Program-made: the position numbers and the translations under genes
Notes under the pieces: generated by a model
Databases searched by the model: none
Told to the model about the DNA's origin: nothing
Seen by the model: only the letters and a program-made list of their open reading frames with translations
IMG/VR virus record: IMGVR_UViG_3300042475_001686
Location: 53,493 to 117,492 of that record
DNA from: a virus
Direction: 5' to 3' (one strand)
Length of the DNA stretch: 64,000 nucleotides
Shown: positions 48,826 to 58,621 of the stretch, piece by piece
Layout: every line of letters begins with the position of its first letter
How positions within the stretch are numbered: the first letter of the stretch is position 1

Positions 48826-49703
48826 TATAGAACCCCGACGAACTCAATCGGCTTACGATACTTATCAAGTATTTTATCTACTAATAAATTACCTGTGCCT
48901 TCAAACACAGCCTTATCAAATTGAATTCTAAATTGATCAGTATTATATGAACCAATATATCTCTTATAATAATCTAATTTACCGCAATCAATATCGTGAA
49001 CCAGTAACTCTGTTGCTCTAACTATATCTGATGGAACCTTATGATATCCAAATTCTAACTCTATCTTATAATCCCATCCCTTTGGAAAACCTCTATCTGA
49101 GAATAAAAAATCTAAATAGTCTGTAGGGGACCCAGGGTAAAAGATTGGCTTTGACTCATTACGATTAATTAAGTCTGGGTATTTTGTAGTAATAGCAGAC
49201 CCGTCAGAAGTTATCTCAAATACAAAAGTAGAGTTTTCTTCATCATCTGCATCATAGACCAAAACATTATTTTCATAAACTTTTAAAATCTTTTTTGCAT
49301 CTGTCCAGATAGGGATATAATCTAATCCCAAACCTGTTGTCTCAATTACTTTCTTTTTATAATAAAATTCTATATCGCAAACCGAATCAATTATTGCTCT
49401 TGCTAATTCTTCATTTTTTCTATATGCATCTATCTCTGTAGCGGTAGTTCCATGTTTGTTTGGATCTACATATGGACGTACTACATCTACATATGTGTCT
49501 TCTCCGTCTACCGTGATTTTATATTGGGTATCATATTTTGAAGAAAGTGGAATAGTTACTTTTTTTGAAGCACTTGAAGTTGCTATGCCAATTACTTCTG
49601 AAGAGTCCGCCATATCAACAATCGTATAGTTATATACCACACTTGCTGAAGAAACATCAAGTGTAACACTTAAGTTATATGGCGGAACTCTTAGAATTTC
49701 CAT
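48825..49703 (-). CDS. Head-to-tail adaptor-like protein
   Basis: ARAIIDS.C...F, FGY..VPSDIVRAT..L, TGNL.VD.IL..Y. Confidence 0.65.
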   Translation of the reverse strand: MEILRVPPYNLSVTLDVSSASVVYNYTIVDMADSSEVIGIATSSASKKVTIPLSSKYDTQYKITVDGEDTYVDVVRPYVDPNKHGTTATEIDAYRKNEELARAIIDSVCDIEFYYKKKVIETTGLGLDYIPIWTDAKKILKVYENNVLVYDADDEENSTFVFEITSDGSAITTKYPDLINRNESKPIFYPGSPTDYLDFLFSDRGFPKGWDYKIELEFGYHKVPSDIVRATELLVHDIDCGKLDYYKRYIGSYNTDQFRIQFDKAVFEGTGNLLVDKILDKYRKPIEFVGVL

Positions 49704-50204
49704 TTAGCGACCAAACTCCCTGGCTACTTCTTCTGGTGTAGCAAGTCTAACGTGATTACGAGTTAGCCATTTTTCTGATTGTTCTGGCGTAACAATATTA
49801 TATCCACGATAAACCTTGCCAACTCCATTCCAACTTACATTCTTTGTAGAATGAATAGCGACAGTCTTATTTGACTTCTTTGGAGCAGCAGGTGCTGCAC
49901 CTCTTGTTGGACGTGGGGTTTCTGCGACTCCGATTACACCATTTACAATAGAACCTACAGCCTGCACTGTATCACTTGCAGATCTATTTAAATCATTTGT
50001 AGTGATAGCATCAGAAGATTCTGATACTTCAGAAACTGATGCTTCAATATTATTTTCAGCAGCAACTTCTTCTACTCTTGTTTCAACTACTGGTTCTTCA
50101 GCAACTGGTGCTTCAGCAACTGGTGCTTCAATAGGGGCCTGTTCAGCAACAATATTTTCTACTGATGCCTCATTGTTTTCGTTGTTAAGATTATTTTCTT
50201 CCAT
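49704..50204 (-). CDS. Hypothetical protein with acidic low-complexity N-terminus
   Basis: 166 aa directly downstream of the major capsid gene; ends RLATPEEVAREFGR. Confidence 0.65.
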   Translation of the reverse strand: MEENNLNNENNEASVENIVAEQAPIEAPVAEAPVAEEPVVETRVEEVAAENNIEASVSEVSESSDAITTNDLNRSASDTVQAVGSIVNGVIGVAETPRPTRGAAPAAPKKSNKTVAIHSTKNVSWNGVGKVYRGYNIVTPEQSEKWLTRNHVRLATPEEVAREFGR

Positions 50205-50239
50205 TATTTTACCTCCTATGTGACTATTATAACAGAATA

Positions 50240-50284
50240 ATAAAAAGTTAAGAGGGGGAGGAGAACTAGCCCCTGCCCCCTCTC
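50240..50284 (-). terminator. Rho-independent terminator after major capsid gene
   Basis: Minus strand GAGAGGGGGCAGGGG-loop-CTCCTCCCCCTCT followed by TAACTTTTT. Confidence 0.75.
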
Positions 50285-50303
50285 AAAGGTTACTGTTTAC
50301 AGA

Positions 50304-51443
50304 TTATGCATCTGCAGCAGCATCTGCCCATGCAATAGCGTCTTCTTCTTCCCATTGAATACCAAAGCGAACGAATACAGTATATTCAATTGTATCCTTC
50401 TTCGCTACATATTCACGGTTAACGACGATATCACGCTGGAAGCCCCATACACGGTTCTGTGGGAACGTCAGATCAATATAATTGTCTGGGTAGTAAGGAA
50501 CTTCTTGGACATCAATTCCGAGGACACGAGTTGTACGTGCTCCACCGAATGTCTGGCCTTGACCATCAAGGTATGATTGTGTATTTGCATACGTATTACC
50601 ATTCTTACCAAGTGCTTCAGCAATTGCATCTGAAAGAGTACCGTTGTTCTTAACGATACCTGCGAATGCATCTGTACCTGCGTAGAACTTAAGATTATTC
50701 TTAAGTGCACGGTACTTGCGTGGCATAGCGAGAATGATATCCTGCATTACTGCAGGTGTCCAAGCATTGTCAGCAACTGTTACGGCTGCTTCATGCGAGT
50801 CACCATTATCCTTGTGCTTCTTGATGAAGCCAGGCATAATGGAAAGGAATGGTGCTGTTGCACCATCACCGTTGATTGCAAGATCTTCAATGTCATTAGC
50901 AAATGCATTTGTCATCAAGCGAACGAGATGATCTTCTAATGCACCACCCTCGACATTGTCTTCTAGTGCTTCAGCAGATACTTCCCAATCAAGACGAATC
51001 TTCTTGGTTGTAAGTTCTACCTTTGAGAATGTAGCACCAGTGTTCTTGTAATCGCCAACTGCTTGTGCAGCAGCACGAATTACACGCTCACCGACGTTGA
51101 TCTTCTCTAATTCCATGGTGTTTGCTCTCATCGTCACACGACGACCATCTTGAGCGAGAACTGTAGCATCCCAAACATAATCGATAAAACGACGTGCTTG
51201 TTCAGGGCGTAGGATTCCGCTTGCAGCATCACCCGAAGGGTTTACGGCATTAGGACCAGTAGTAACACCAAGGTTAGCGTTAGGAATGTTTCCTAGTGCG
51301 CCACCATCTGTGTAGTTGCCAGGGATGTTTGATCCTGCGTCAGAACCTGATGCGAATGCACCCTGTCCTTGATATAAACCTGGTGTTGTTCCACCGAGTT
51401 CGCCTGATTCTCCTGGCTGGTTTTTCTTAATTTCTTCCGACAT
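50304..51443 (-). CDS. Major capsid protein (HK97 fold)
   Basis: Start ATG 51443 with SD GGAGGT; GILRPEQARRFID, KKIRLDWEVS.E.LEDN.EG, FANDIEDLAINGD; strong codon bias. Confidence 0.9.
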   Translation of the reverse strand: MSEEIKKNQPGESGELGGTTPGLYQGQGAFASGSDAGSNIPGNYTDGGALGNIPNANLGVTTGPNAVNPSGDAASGILRPEQARRFIDYVWDATVLAQDGRRVTMRANTMELEKINVGERVIRAAAQAVGDYKNTGATFSKVELTTKKIRLDWEVSAEALEDNVEGGALEDHLVRLMTNAFANDIEDLAINGDGATAPFLSIMPGFIKKHKDNGDSHEAAVTVADNAWTPAVMQDIILAMPRKYRALKNNLKFYAGTDAFAGIVKNNGTLSDAIAEALGKNGNTYANTQSYLDGQGQTFGGARTTRVLGIDVQEVPYYPDNYIDLTFPQNRVWGFQRDIVVNREYVAKKDTIEYTVFVRFGIQWEEEDAIAWADAAADA

Positions 51444-51468
51444 ATTGTCACCTCCTAAGTGATTTTGC

Positions 51469-52800
51469 TTAATTAAATAAGTCGGCTGTTTTGAGGAAAC
51501 GTCCGCCCCATAGGGATTTTTCAACCATTTCTGGTTGTTCCTGTACGATCTCGCCTAGATCGCCAGACTTTCGGAAAGCAGTGTCTGCTTCTACTGCGTC
51601 TACTCTCTTTCCAAACTTATCTACTTGCTCAACTGTTGCAGCAATGTCTTTGGCGACTGCATCAAGTGAACTCTTTACTGCTGCTGTATCAACTTTTGAA
51701 GACTTAAGCATTTCTACTTCTGCCTGCAAAGATTTTACAGTTTGAACTAAATCGCTAAAGGCTGATGTAATTGTATTCTTGATTTCAGCAACTGCTTCAA
51801 CAATTGCTTCATCTGATTTAGATACCTCTGTAGCAACTTCTGCTGCTGGTGCCTCAACTGATTCCTCAGCCTTAGCAACCTCTTCTGCTGGAGTCTCTTC
51901 AGACTTCTCAACAGTTTCTTCAGCCACTGCAGTCTCTTCAGACTTTTCAGTAACTTCTGCGACAGGAGTTTCAACTACTGCATCTGCCTCTGGAGCGATC
52001 TCTTCTGACTTTGTAACTTCGACTTCTTCAGTCTTTGTTTTCTTTGCCATAGGATTATCCTCCTTCGTAATCTTAGCATCAATGCCTTTAGCACTATCTA
52101 CTAAGAATTTGACTATATCCATTTTTTCGTTGTCTTCTTTTTCAACGAAACCTATATTCTTCATTTCATTTCCTGTAACTGGACTTGTTACTGATTCTTG
52201 ATCTGACATCATTACTAAACCAGATTCCTCATCATAAAAAACATTTTCCAATGTAACATCTTGACCCTTAACAATTTCAACACCATCAACTTTTTCAACA
52301 TGCATAATGTTTGCAAATTGATTTGCTGGAGAGTCTACTAGAGATAACTCTACTAGGTCATAATCTTTAATAATTCTAATTGTGGAATCTGACTTCTCAT
52401 CATAACCGTCATCCCACTTATTCATACGGCCACCAATTGAAAACCCTGTCAATGTACCGTCCAAAACTTTTTCCCATGTATCTTGTGCACCTTTTGAAAC
52501 ATATGCAGACACAAAAACACCAGAATAAAACTTTTTAGATTCTGGATCAAAATATCTATCTTCTTTAAAGTTTACCATTTTGCCAACAGCAAGTGGCTGA
52601 TGCATTTCACGAATGTTTCCACGAAACTTTGAAAATGCTTTCATTGATGCTTCGGCTGTAACTATATCGCCTTGTTTATCAATGTTATCAAGGGATGCAA
52701 AACCAGAGACAATACGTCTCTCCTTGTCAACCTTCGCAAATGGAAGGGAAAGTCTTACTGAGTCGCCAGTGGTGTCCCAATGGGCTTTAGATATAGTCAT
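51469..52800 (-). CDS. Prohead protease / scaffold
   Basis: RIVSGFAS..NID.QGD, IREMH, GFSIGG, ELSLVDSPAN; acidic 'EKSEE' scaffold C-terminus; start ATG 52800. Confidence 0.88.
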   Translation of the reverse strand: MTISKAHWDTTGDSVRLSLPFAKVDKERRIVSGFASLDNIDKQGDIVTAEASMKAFSKFRGNIREMHQPLAVGKMVNFKEDRYFDPESKKFYSGVFVSAYVSKGAQDTWEKVLDGTLTGFSIGGRMNKWDDGYDEKSDSTIRIIKDYDLVELSLVDSPANQFANIMHVEKVDGVEIVKGQDVTLENVFYDEESGLVMMSDQESVTSPVTGNEMKNIGFVEKEDNEKMDIVKFLVDSAKGIDAKITKEDNPMAKKTKTEEVEVTKSEEIAPEADAVVETPVAEVTEKSEETAVAEETVEKSEETPAEEVAKAEESVEAPAAEVATEVSKSDEAIVEAVAEIKNTITSAFSDLVQTVKSLQAEVEMLKSSKVDTAAVKSSLDAVAKDIAATVEQVDKFGKRVDAVEADTAFRKSGDLGEIVQEQPEMVEKSLWGGRFLKTADLFN

Positions 52801-52810
52801 ACTAGAATAT

Positions 52811-52816
52811 ATTATA
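52811..52816 (-). promoter_or_regulatory. -10 element TATAAT of the protease/capsid operon
   Basis: Plus strand attata, 10 nt upstream of ATG 52800. Confidence 0.6.
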
Positions 52817-52823
52817 GAGCCTT

Positions 52824-52866
52824 TTTTACACAAATGTTAATAAACTGTGAATAACTATGTGGAAAA
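52824..52866. promoter_or_regulatory. Cluster of four DnaA-box-like 9-mers
   Basis: TTTTACACA 52824-52832 (+); TTATTAACA 52835-52843 (-), TTATTCACA 52846-52854 (-), TTTTCCACA 52858-52866 (-); three match TTWTNCACA exactly. Confidence 0.7.
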
Positions 52867-54465
52867 CTATTGAGAAGATCTACCTTCACCCTTTGGGTTT
52901 CTACCACTAATTGTGGCAGCCCCATCAGATTGATTATTTACCCTCTCTGAATCCCTTGCCCTATCAGCATTATCATTTGCTGCTTGCTCAGGCTTAGGAT
53001 TAAATGGCTCATCTCCTCCTTCCCGTTGAGGAAGACCAAGCACTGATCTTGCTTCGTTTGGAAGCATGACCTGAGTCTTGACATATCTTTCCAGAATTTG
53101 AGATTGTGCGATTTCATCAGTCAGGGTTAGTTCCTTGAATTTAAGCACTAGTACGTCCGTCTTTTCTTTAACTATCTTATTGATTATTTTTTCAAGTTCT
53201 CTTTGTGCTGGGCGAGAAACTTGCTCTTTAAATGTACGGTCCTGTGCAAGTGCTGCAGCAATAGATCCAGAGTCTCCTCCGCCTAACTTTGAAAGAGGAA
53301 CCTGATGTGCAATTAAAATATCATCACGATTTTGTTTTCTATATTCTTTAAATGAACCTTCTTGAACGCCGTCTTCAATAGGCTCCATTTTAAATTCAAC
53401 TTTATTGCTATCTGTATCTCCTGGAAGAGGAATGTATAGAGTTCTATGGGATTGACCCTTAAGGCTTGTCTGTAAAAATCTAAACATCTTATCTTCGGCA
53501 TCTGCTGAAAGACGAGCACCCTTTAGTGTCACAACATAACGAGGGACAGCCTTATTGCTAAAGTAGTCGATGTTATATTGTGACGCTAACTGGTCTCCAT
53601 GGAGCGAGTTTATTGCCGACATTATATCTGGTACACCATAAAAAGTATTTAAAGGCGAGTACTGTTTAAAGTGTATGATTTCATTAGGCCTTGGATCTGA
53701 AGTTACTGGATTAGCATTCTTCGCACCAAAGTTCCTAAAATAAACAACCTTGCTTCCTATAATTTGAACATAGCCATCACGTAATCTGCGTACACGCATT
53801 GTAGTTGCTGGAATATGCCCTATGTAACCAATTTCTCCACGTGTTGTACGACCAACCTCTAGGTATCCATTGCCTACTGCCTGAACATCTGTATAAACCT
53901 TCATCATTGTTGTAGTAAATGAATCATCATCATTTAATGACTCAAGCCATTCATGCATTTCAATCTTGGCACGTTCAATTCTATTTCTTGCTCTTGCAAC
54001 TTGATCTCTGTCTTTATTTGATTCAAGTCTTAACATGGTGCTTGAGGAAACCTCAAAGTCATAGCCAAGTCCAACAATGTTCTCTACCTTTGCATCAATC
54101 GCTGCGTGATTTGCAAATGATGTATCGTAATAGTTAGCAAGTTCATAAACGTTCCATGGTGGTGTGATGACATCAAAAAGCCCATAGCCGTTTCTATATA
54201 CTGTACCAGGGTTAATCTCTTTTGACTTAGCATCTCCTAAACCATGCTGCTCTGCTCTTGCACTATCTAAATATCCTTGTGTTGGATTATTGTCTGCCTT
54301 GTCTATAAGACGAGATGTGCGTCGTTTAAAGTTATTATCCAAACCAGAGTATGACTTTAATTCTGTCCAAGATTTACTAAATGGATCTACAGCCTTAAAA
54401 GAATCAGATTGATCTACGACATTGTCTATGCTTGCTCTTAAAACATATTCTTTTTCTTCAGACAT
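52867..54465 (-). CDS. Portal protein
   Basis: GNGYLEV.R...G, HIPATTMR, NEIIHFK, YGVPD, YFSNKAVP, AHQVP, PNEAR..LGLP..EGGD. Confidence 0.92.
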   Translation of the reverse strand: MSEEKEYVLRASIDNVVDQSDSFKAVDPFSKSWTELKSYSGLDNNFKRRTSRLIDKADNNPTQGYLDSARAEQHGLGDAKSKEINPGTVYRNGYGLFDVITPPWNVYELANYYDTSFANHAAIDAKVENIVGLGYDFEVSSSTMLRLESNKDRDQVARARNRIERAKIEMHEWLESLNDDDSFTTTMMKVYTDVQAVGNGYLEVGRTTRGEIGYIGHIPATTMRVRRLRDGYVQIIGSKVVYFRNFGAKNANPVTSDPRPNEIIHFKQYSPLNTFYGVPDIMSAINSLHGDQLASQYNIDYFSNKAVPRYVVTLKGARLSADAEDKMFRFLQTSLKGQSHRTLYIPLPGDTDSNKVEFKMEPIEDGVQEGSFKEYRKQNRDDILIAHQVPLSKLGGGDSGSIAAALAQDRTFKEQVSRPAQRELEKIINKIVKEKTDVLVLKFKELTLTDEIAQSQILERYVKTQVMLPNEARSVLGLPQREGGDEPFNPKPEQAANDNADRARDSERVNNQSDGAATISGRNPKGEGRSSQ

Positions 54466-54833
54466 TAGTCATCAGCCCCGTATTTCTTTATAGTTTGCTG
54501 TGCAGCATGAACTGCACCAAGATCGTTTAGGTTGGGGATTAAGCCTTCTGACATTCTTTGCTTTTGCTCTGCATACTCTTCGTCAGAAATTCTACTTAGT
54601 CCCGCAAAAAATACCGCTTCGCCATCTGGCTCACCGTAATGTGAAGCAGCATTTCTAAGTTCTGCTAATTTTGATAGGTCCCCACGCATAGACGGTATAT
54701 TTAAAATGTTACCCTGTCCATCTGTAAACCACTTTCCATTTGATTTTTTCCAGACATATACGCCCCAGTCATACTGTTTATCGATGACAGTTATCTTTGA
54801 CTTACCAAGTTGTCCAGGTTTATTGTTTTTCAT
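54465..54833 (-). CDS. Hypothetical protein upstream of portal
   Basis: ATG 54833 lies 7 nt downstream of TGGTATACT. Confidence 0.65.
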   Translation of the reverse strand: MKNNKPGQLGKSKITVIDKQYDWGVYVWKKSNGKWFTDGQGNILNIPSMRGDLSKLAELRNAASHYGEPDGEAVFFAGLSRISDEEYAEQKQRMSEGLIPNLNDLGAVHAAQQTIKKYGADD

Positions 54834-54851
54834 TACCACCAGTATACCATA

Positions 54852-57800
54852 TTATACTGCGTTAGAGACTTTGGACTGCCACTCTATATCTTTAAACATG
54901 GTATATTCGTAGTCCTTGAAACTAAGTGGCCTATCGTCATCAATAATTATCTTGTTAGTTCCAGTGTACGCTTTATATAGGTCTGAAGGATTAACTCCAT
55001 AATAACTAATTGAGGATTGGACCAAGACGCCCTGCCATAAATAATAATCATTCCAGTATTCCCAGTCGTACAATCCATCAACGGCAAACTTTACCCTGGC
55101 CCATGGCCTCTTAGCAACGCTTTGTATTTCTTGTAGGCTGGTTGTTTGATAATAAGAAAGACTGTCAAAAATAATTGGACCATTAATCATAATAGAACCA
55201 GCGTATGATTTAAAGTTTAATACGCTTGGGAATCCAATTCCTATCATAGCCCATTCGCCGACATTTAAAACTGGCTCTTTAACAATATTGCCATTAATAT
55301 AAAATGATATTCCATTGTATAAAGATCCAGTGTTTGCATCAATTGCATAGATCTTTGCCCGTTTACCAGTTGGATGATTAGCGACCATATAAAACTTTAT
55401 AGTGTTTCCCTTGGCATTAATTTGCATTATTTGTGTTGGGGCGTATGGGAAAAAGTCTGAGTTAAATCTAAACAAAGACTGCATAGCCATTACTTCATAG
55501 TCTTCTGACTTATTTGCATTTACTGGAATAGCAACTCCACGATTGATTAGTGGATCGTGGTCTCCACGTATTTCTAATCCAGAATGTCTTGTTAAATATA
55601 AATATGGAGATGATCCTTTATAAATGCTAACTGGATTTTTTGCTTTATAATTATAATAGTATCCAGTATTGACATACGGATAAACCTCAGTGCCAAATCT
55701 TGTACCTATATTGTTTACAGTATTGTAGTTAAATGCCTGTGATGCTAATTGCAAACTTTTAACTCTAATTGGTTTATGGCTAATTCCATCTACCTCAAAC
55801 TCTAGATGAACTACAATTGCTAAATCATTAAAGTCTGCTCCACGTGGTGGATAGATTAAAACATTATCCACAACTTCATATCTTGTGTTTATCCAGTCAC
55901 TGCCTGGAGTAATTACACCATTTTTAGGAACATCTTCTGTTTTAACAAAAAATCCATTTGAAGCATTTGCCCCAGTTTCAAGATATTCAAAAGTAATATA
56001 ACTTTTTAATATTGCTCCAGTTGTATCATATGAATATGTCTTTACAGATTTTTCTGCCAAATCTTGATAATTAACATATCCTGTGTATAGATAATTATCT
56101 AAAGACTCATAAGTTCTTTGTTGTGGGTATGAATATTCAGAACTTAACTCAGAATATTTCCATCCATCTGGATCTACAACTTCTGTTTCTTTAAACTTTA
56201 CTGGGGCTGGATAGTTTAAATTAAACTGAATAAAGTCTAGGCCAAATTTAGAATTGCCATATTCATCTGTGATATATTGACCAAAGTATGATAGTGGTAT
56301 ATAGTCTTTCCACGAACCCTTAACGTCTATATCTAAAGAAAAACTATTAAAATAATTTTTTGGCACAATGCCTAGGCTTGGAACATGATCTTTTAAGGTA
56401 GAAGAAATAAATGAAGATGGCGAAAAAGAAAAGTTTTCTAATAAAGGAGTACTCTCATCTAATTGATCTTCATTAAGTTGTGTTTGACCAATGTAATAAT
56501 TCCAAAAATCTTGATCTGCATCTCCTCCGTCGTATTCAACATAAGAACTATAAAGATTAAATATGTTTTCATAATCTTTTGGAACGCCGATCTCGTTAAA
56601 TAAGTTGCTAATTTCTTTTATATTTTTTTCAGAGCATAATCCTATTTTATATATCTTACCCGTAAAAGTTTTTGTAAACTCTTTATTACCGCCAATGTAC
56701 ATCTTTAGTGCACCTTGATTATTAAAAAATGATAATATATTATTTCCAAAGTAATTTCTAAATGTTTCTATTTCAATTCCTACAGCAAAAACACTGTCTT
56801 CTAAAATTGAAAATGCTTCATATAACACCTGCTCTGGATTTGTTTGATATTTAAAAACATACTTAATGTTATCATTAACACACTCTATTGAAAAATAATT
56901 TGAGTCTTGGTCTTCAAGTCTTATTAAAACCTGACTTCCAGAATAATTAGTTGGCTTTTCAAATAATCCATAAAATGCATATAGAGGGTTTCCAGGTAAA
57001 AGAATGTTATCGAAATAAAGATAAGAACTTACACTATTCCAGGTTGTATTTGGTTTAAGTGTTAAAAACAAACTGTCTTCGGTCTGAATTAAACTACAGT
57101 CTGATAGCATTTCAGATTGTCCCTTTGAAGAGTTATTAGTAATAATAACTGGATTAGAGAATGTTGGAGTAGTTAAATAGTTTTCCTCAACAACAATATT
57201 GTCTAATGATGCTTGTGACCATGACCCTAGATCTGGATAGTTATAGTTTTTTGTGTAATCGGCAAAAGAATAATCAAATACTACAGAGTTACCGCCGTAT
57301 GAAGCATTTAAGTTTTCTGGATATTGAACTCCTTGACCGTATACAAATCTTCTTTTTGCAACTAACAGTGGTACTAAATAACCATACAGCGCTACGCAAT
57401 CTATCTCAATTGGCTGGATATTTTCATAAGCATAAAATCCTATCCACTCATTACTTTTTCCTGACTCATCTGTAGCGCTTGGTAGAGATATCGTACTATC
57501 GTTAATTGAAATTGAAATAATCTCTTCCCCGTTTAAAAGAACTGTTGATAAGTTTTTAGAATATCTCCAATGGATAAGCATTGGCCTTTCCCAATGTCCG
57601 ACATAGTACGAAGAGTGTTGCTGATTAATATTTAAAACTAAAAATGAGCCATCTAAATAAATACCATCTGTTGAAGATATTGGCCCAACAATTCTTTTTG
57701 GTTCATTAGAAGAACTATTAGTCCTTAACCAAAACTCTAACGTAAAGTCTTTATGCTTTCCGCTATCTGACATCATTCCGTTTGAAGGAACTATTAACGA

Positions 57801-58601
57801 CGGCAAGTTATTGTTTGCGTATAGTTTAGTTACACCTTTTGATCCAAACACCATAGGCATTCCAAAGTTTTTTGCCATTAAGGAATTATTGTTCACAAAA
57901 TAATATCCACTATTTTCTGATAAGCCGTAAGCCTTTGCTTCAATAACTTTTGATGTAGTTAAAGATATGTTTGTTGGCAAGTTTATTGTTTCAACGCCCA
58001 GGGATGTGGATTGAAATTCTTCAGCCCACTGACCAAATGTTATTCCATTTATATAGAATATATAATCTGTTAAAGTTTCTGATTGACCCAAATAATTTAT
58101 TTTAATTACTAACTTTATTGGCTGACTTGTTTCTTCTGGACTAAAAGTTTCAGATAAAAAATACCAACGATTTGCTAGTGAGGCATCATATGATTTTAAC
58201 ACATCTATGTATTGCTCTTGTGCATCATCATAATATCTGTATCCAATTTCAACGCTAATTGCATATGGGCTTAATGTATAAAAATATGATCCAATACAAA
58301 AAGTTTTCAACACATTATTTAATTCATTTGAGTTAACTATGTCTGGGCTAACCATAGTAACAGAAAATATTCCTTCTCCTACAGAAGATGGAATTATTTT
58401 ATTTATTACACTGTTTGGAAAAGGTGCGTCTGCTAACTCTTCCGTTGCCTGTGAGGTTAAATTATCTAATGACCACAGGCTTGTCTCTCTTTGTGTTTCA
58501 GAAATTATAGATACATAATCAGCCTGATCATCTAAAGCCCACAAAAACTGTGGTTGCTCTGCAAATATTTTTTCTGCATATAGGTTAGATGGGTTAGACA
58601 T
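54852..58601 (-). CDS. Large virion protein with LamG/concanavalin A-like domains
   Basis: 1249 aa; N-terminal YAEKIFAEQP..LWALDD, FTLEFWLR, LLNGEE, DCVALY. Confidence 0.65.
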   Translation of the reverse strand: MSNPSNLYAEKIFAEQPQFLWALDDQADYVSIISETQRETSLWSLDNLTSQATEELADAPFPNSVINKIIPSSVGEGIFSVTMVSPDIVNSNELNNVLKTFCIGSYFYTLSPYAISVEIGYRYYDDAQEQYIDVLKSYDASLANRWYFLSETFSPEETSQPIKLVIKINYLGQSETLTDYIFYINGITFGQWAEEFQSTSLGVETINLPTNISLTTSKVIEAKAYGLSENSGYYFVNNNSLMAKNFGMPMVFGSKGVTKLYANNNLPSLIVPSNGMMSDSGKHKDFTLEFWLRTNSSSNEPKRIVGPISSTDGIYLDGSFLVLNINQQHSSYYVGHWERPMLIHWRYSKNLSTVLLNGEEIISISINDSTISLPSATDESGKSNEWIGFYAYENIQPIEIDCVALYGYLVPLLVAKRRFVYGQGVQYPENLNASYGGNSVVFDYSFADYTKNYNYPDLGSWSQASLDNIVVEENYLTTPTFSNPVIITNNSSKGQSEMLSDCSLIQTEDSLFLTLKPNTTWNSVSSYLYFDNILLPGNPLYAFYGLFEKPTNYSGSQVLIRLEDQDSNYFSIECVNDNIKYVFKYQTNPEQVLYEAFSILEDSVFAVGIEIETFRNYFGNNILSFFNNQGALKMYIGGNKEFTKTFTGKIYKIGLCSEKNIKEISNLFNEIGVPKDYENIFNLYSSYVEYDGGDADQDFWNYYIGQTQLNEDQLDESTPLLENFSFSPSSFISSTLKDHVPSLGIVPKNYFNSFSLDIDVKGSWKDYIPLSYFGQYITDEYGNSKFGLDFIQFNLNYPAPVKFKETEVVDPDGWKYSELSSEYSYPQQRTYESLDNYLYTGYVNYQDLAEKSVKTYSYDTTGAILKSYITFEYLETGANASNGFFVKTEDVPKNGVITPGSDWINTRYEVVDNVLIYPPRGADFNDLAIVVHLEFEVDGISHKPIRVKSLQLASQAFNYNTVNNIGTRFGTEVYPYVNTGYYYNYKAKNPVSIYKGSSPYLYLTRHSGLEIRGDHDPLINRGVAIPVNANKSEDYEVMAMQSLFRFNSDFFPYAPTQIMQINAKGNTIKFYMVANHPTGKRAKIYAIDANTGSLYNGISFYINGNIVKEPVLNVGEWAMIGIGFPSVLNFKSYAGSIMINGPIIFDSLSYYQTTSLQEIQSVAKRPWARVKFAVDGLYDWEYWNDYYLWQGVLVQSSISYYGVNPSDLYKAYTGTNKIIIDDDRPLSFKDYEYTMFKDIEWQSKVSNAV

Positions 58602-58621
58602 TATGAGTCTATTTTATCATA

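Noticed and set aside
51444-51524. Capsid reading frame open upstream into the scaffold gene (possible frameshift fusion)
   Set aside because: Strong SD (GGAGGT) precedes ATG 51443 and no convincing slippery site was seen; a short open stretch is expected by chance
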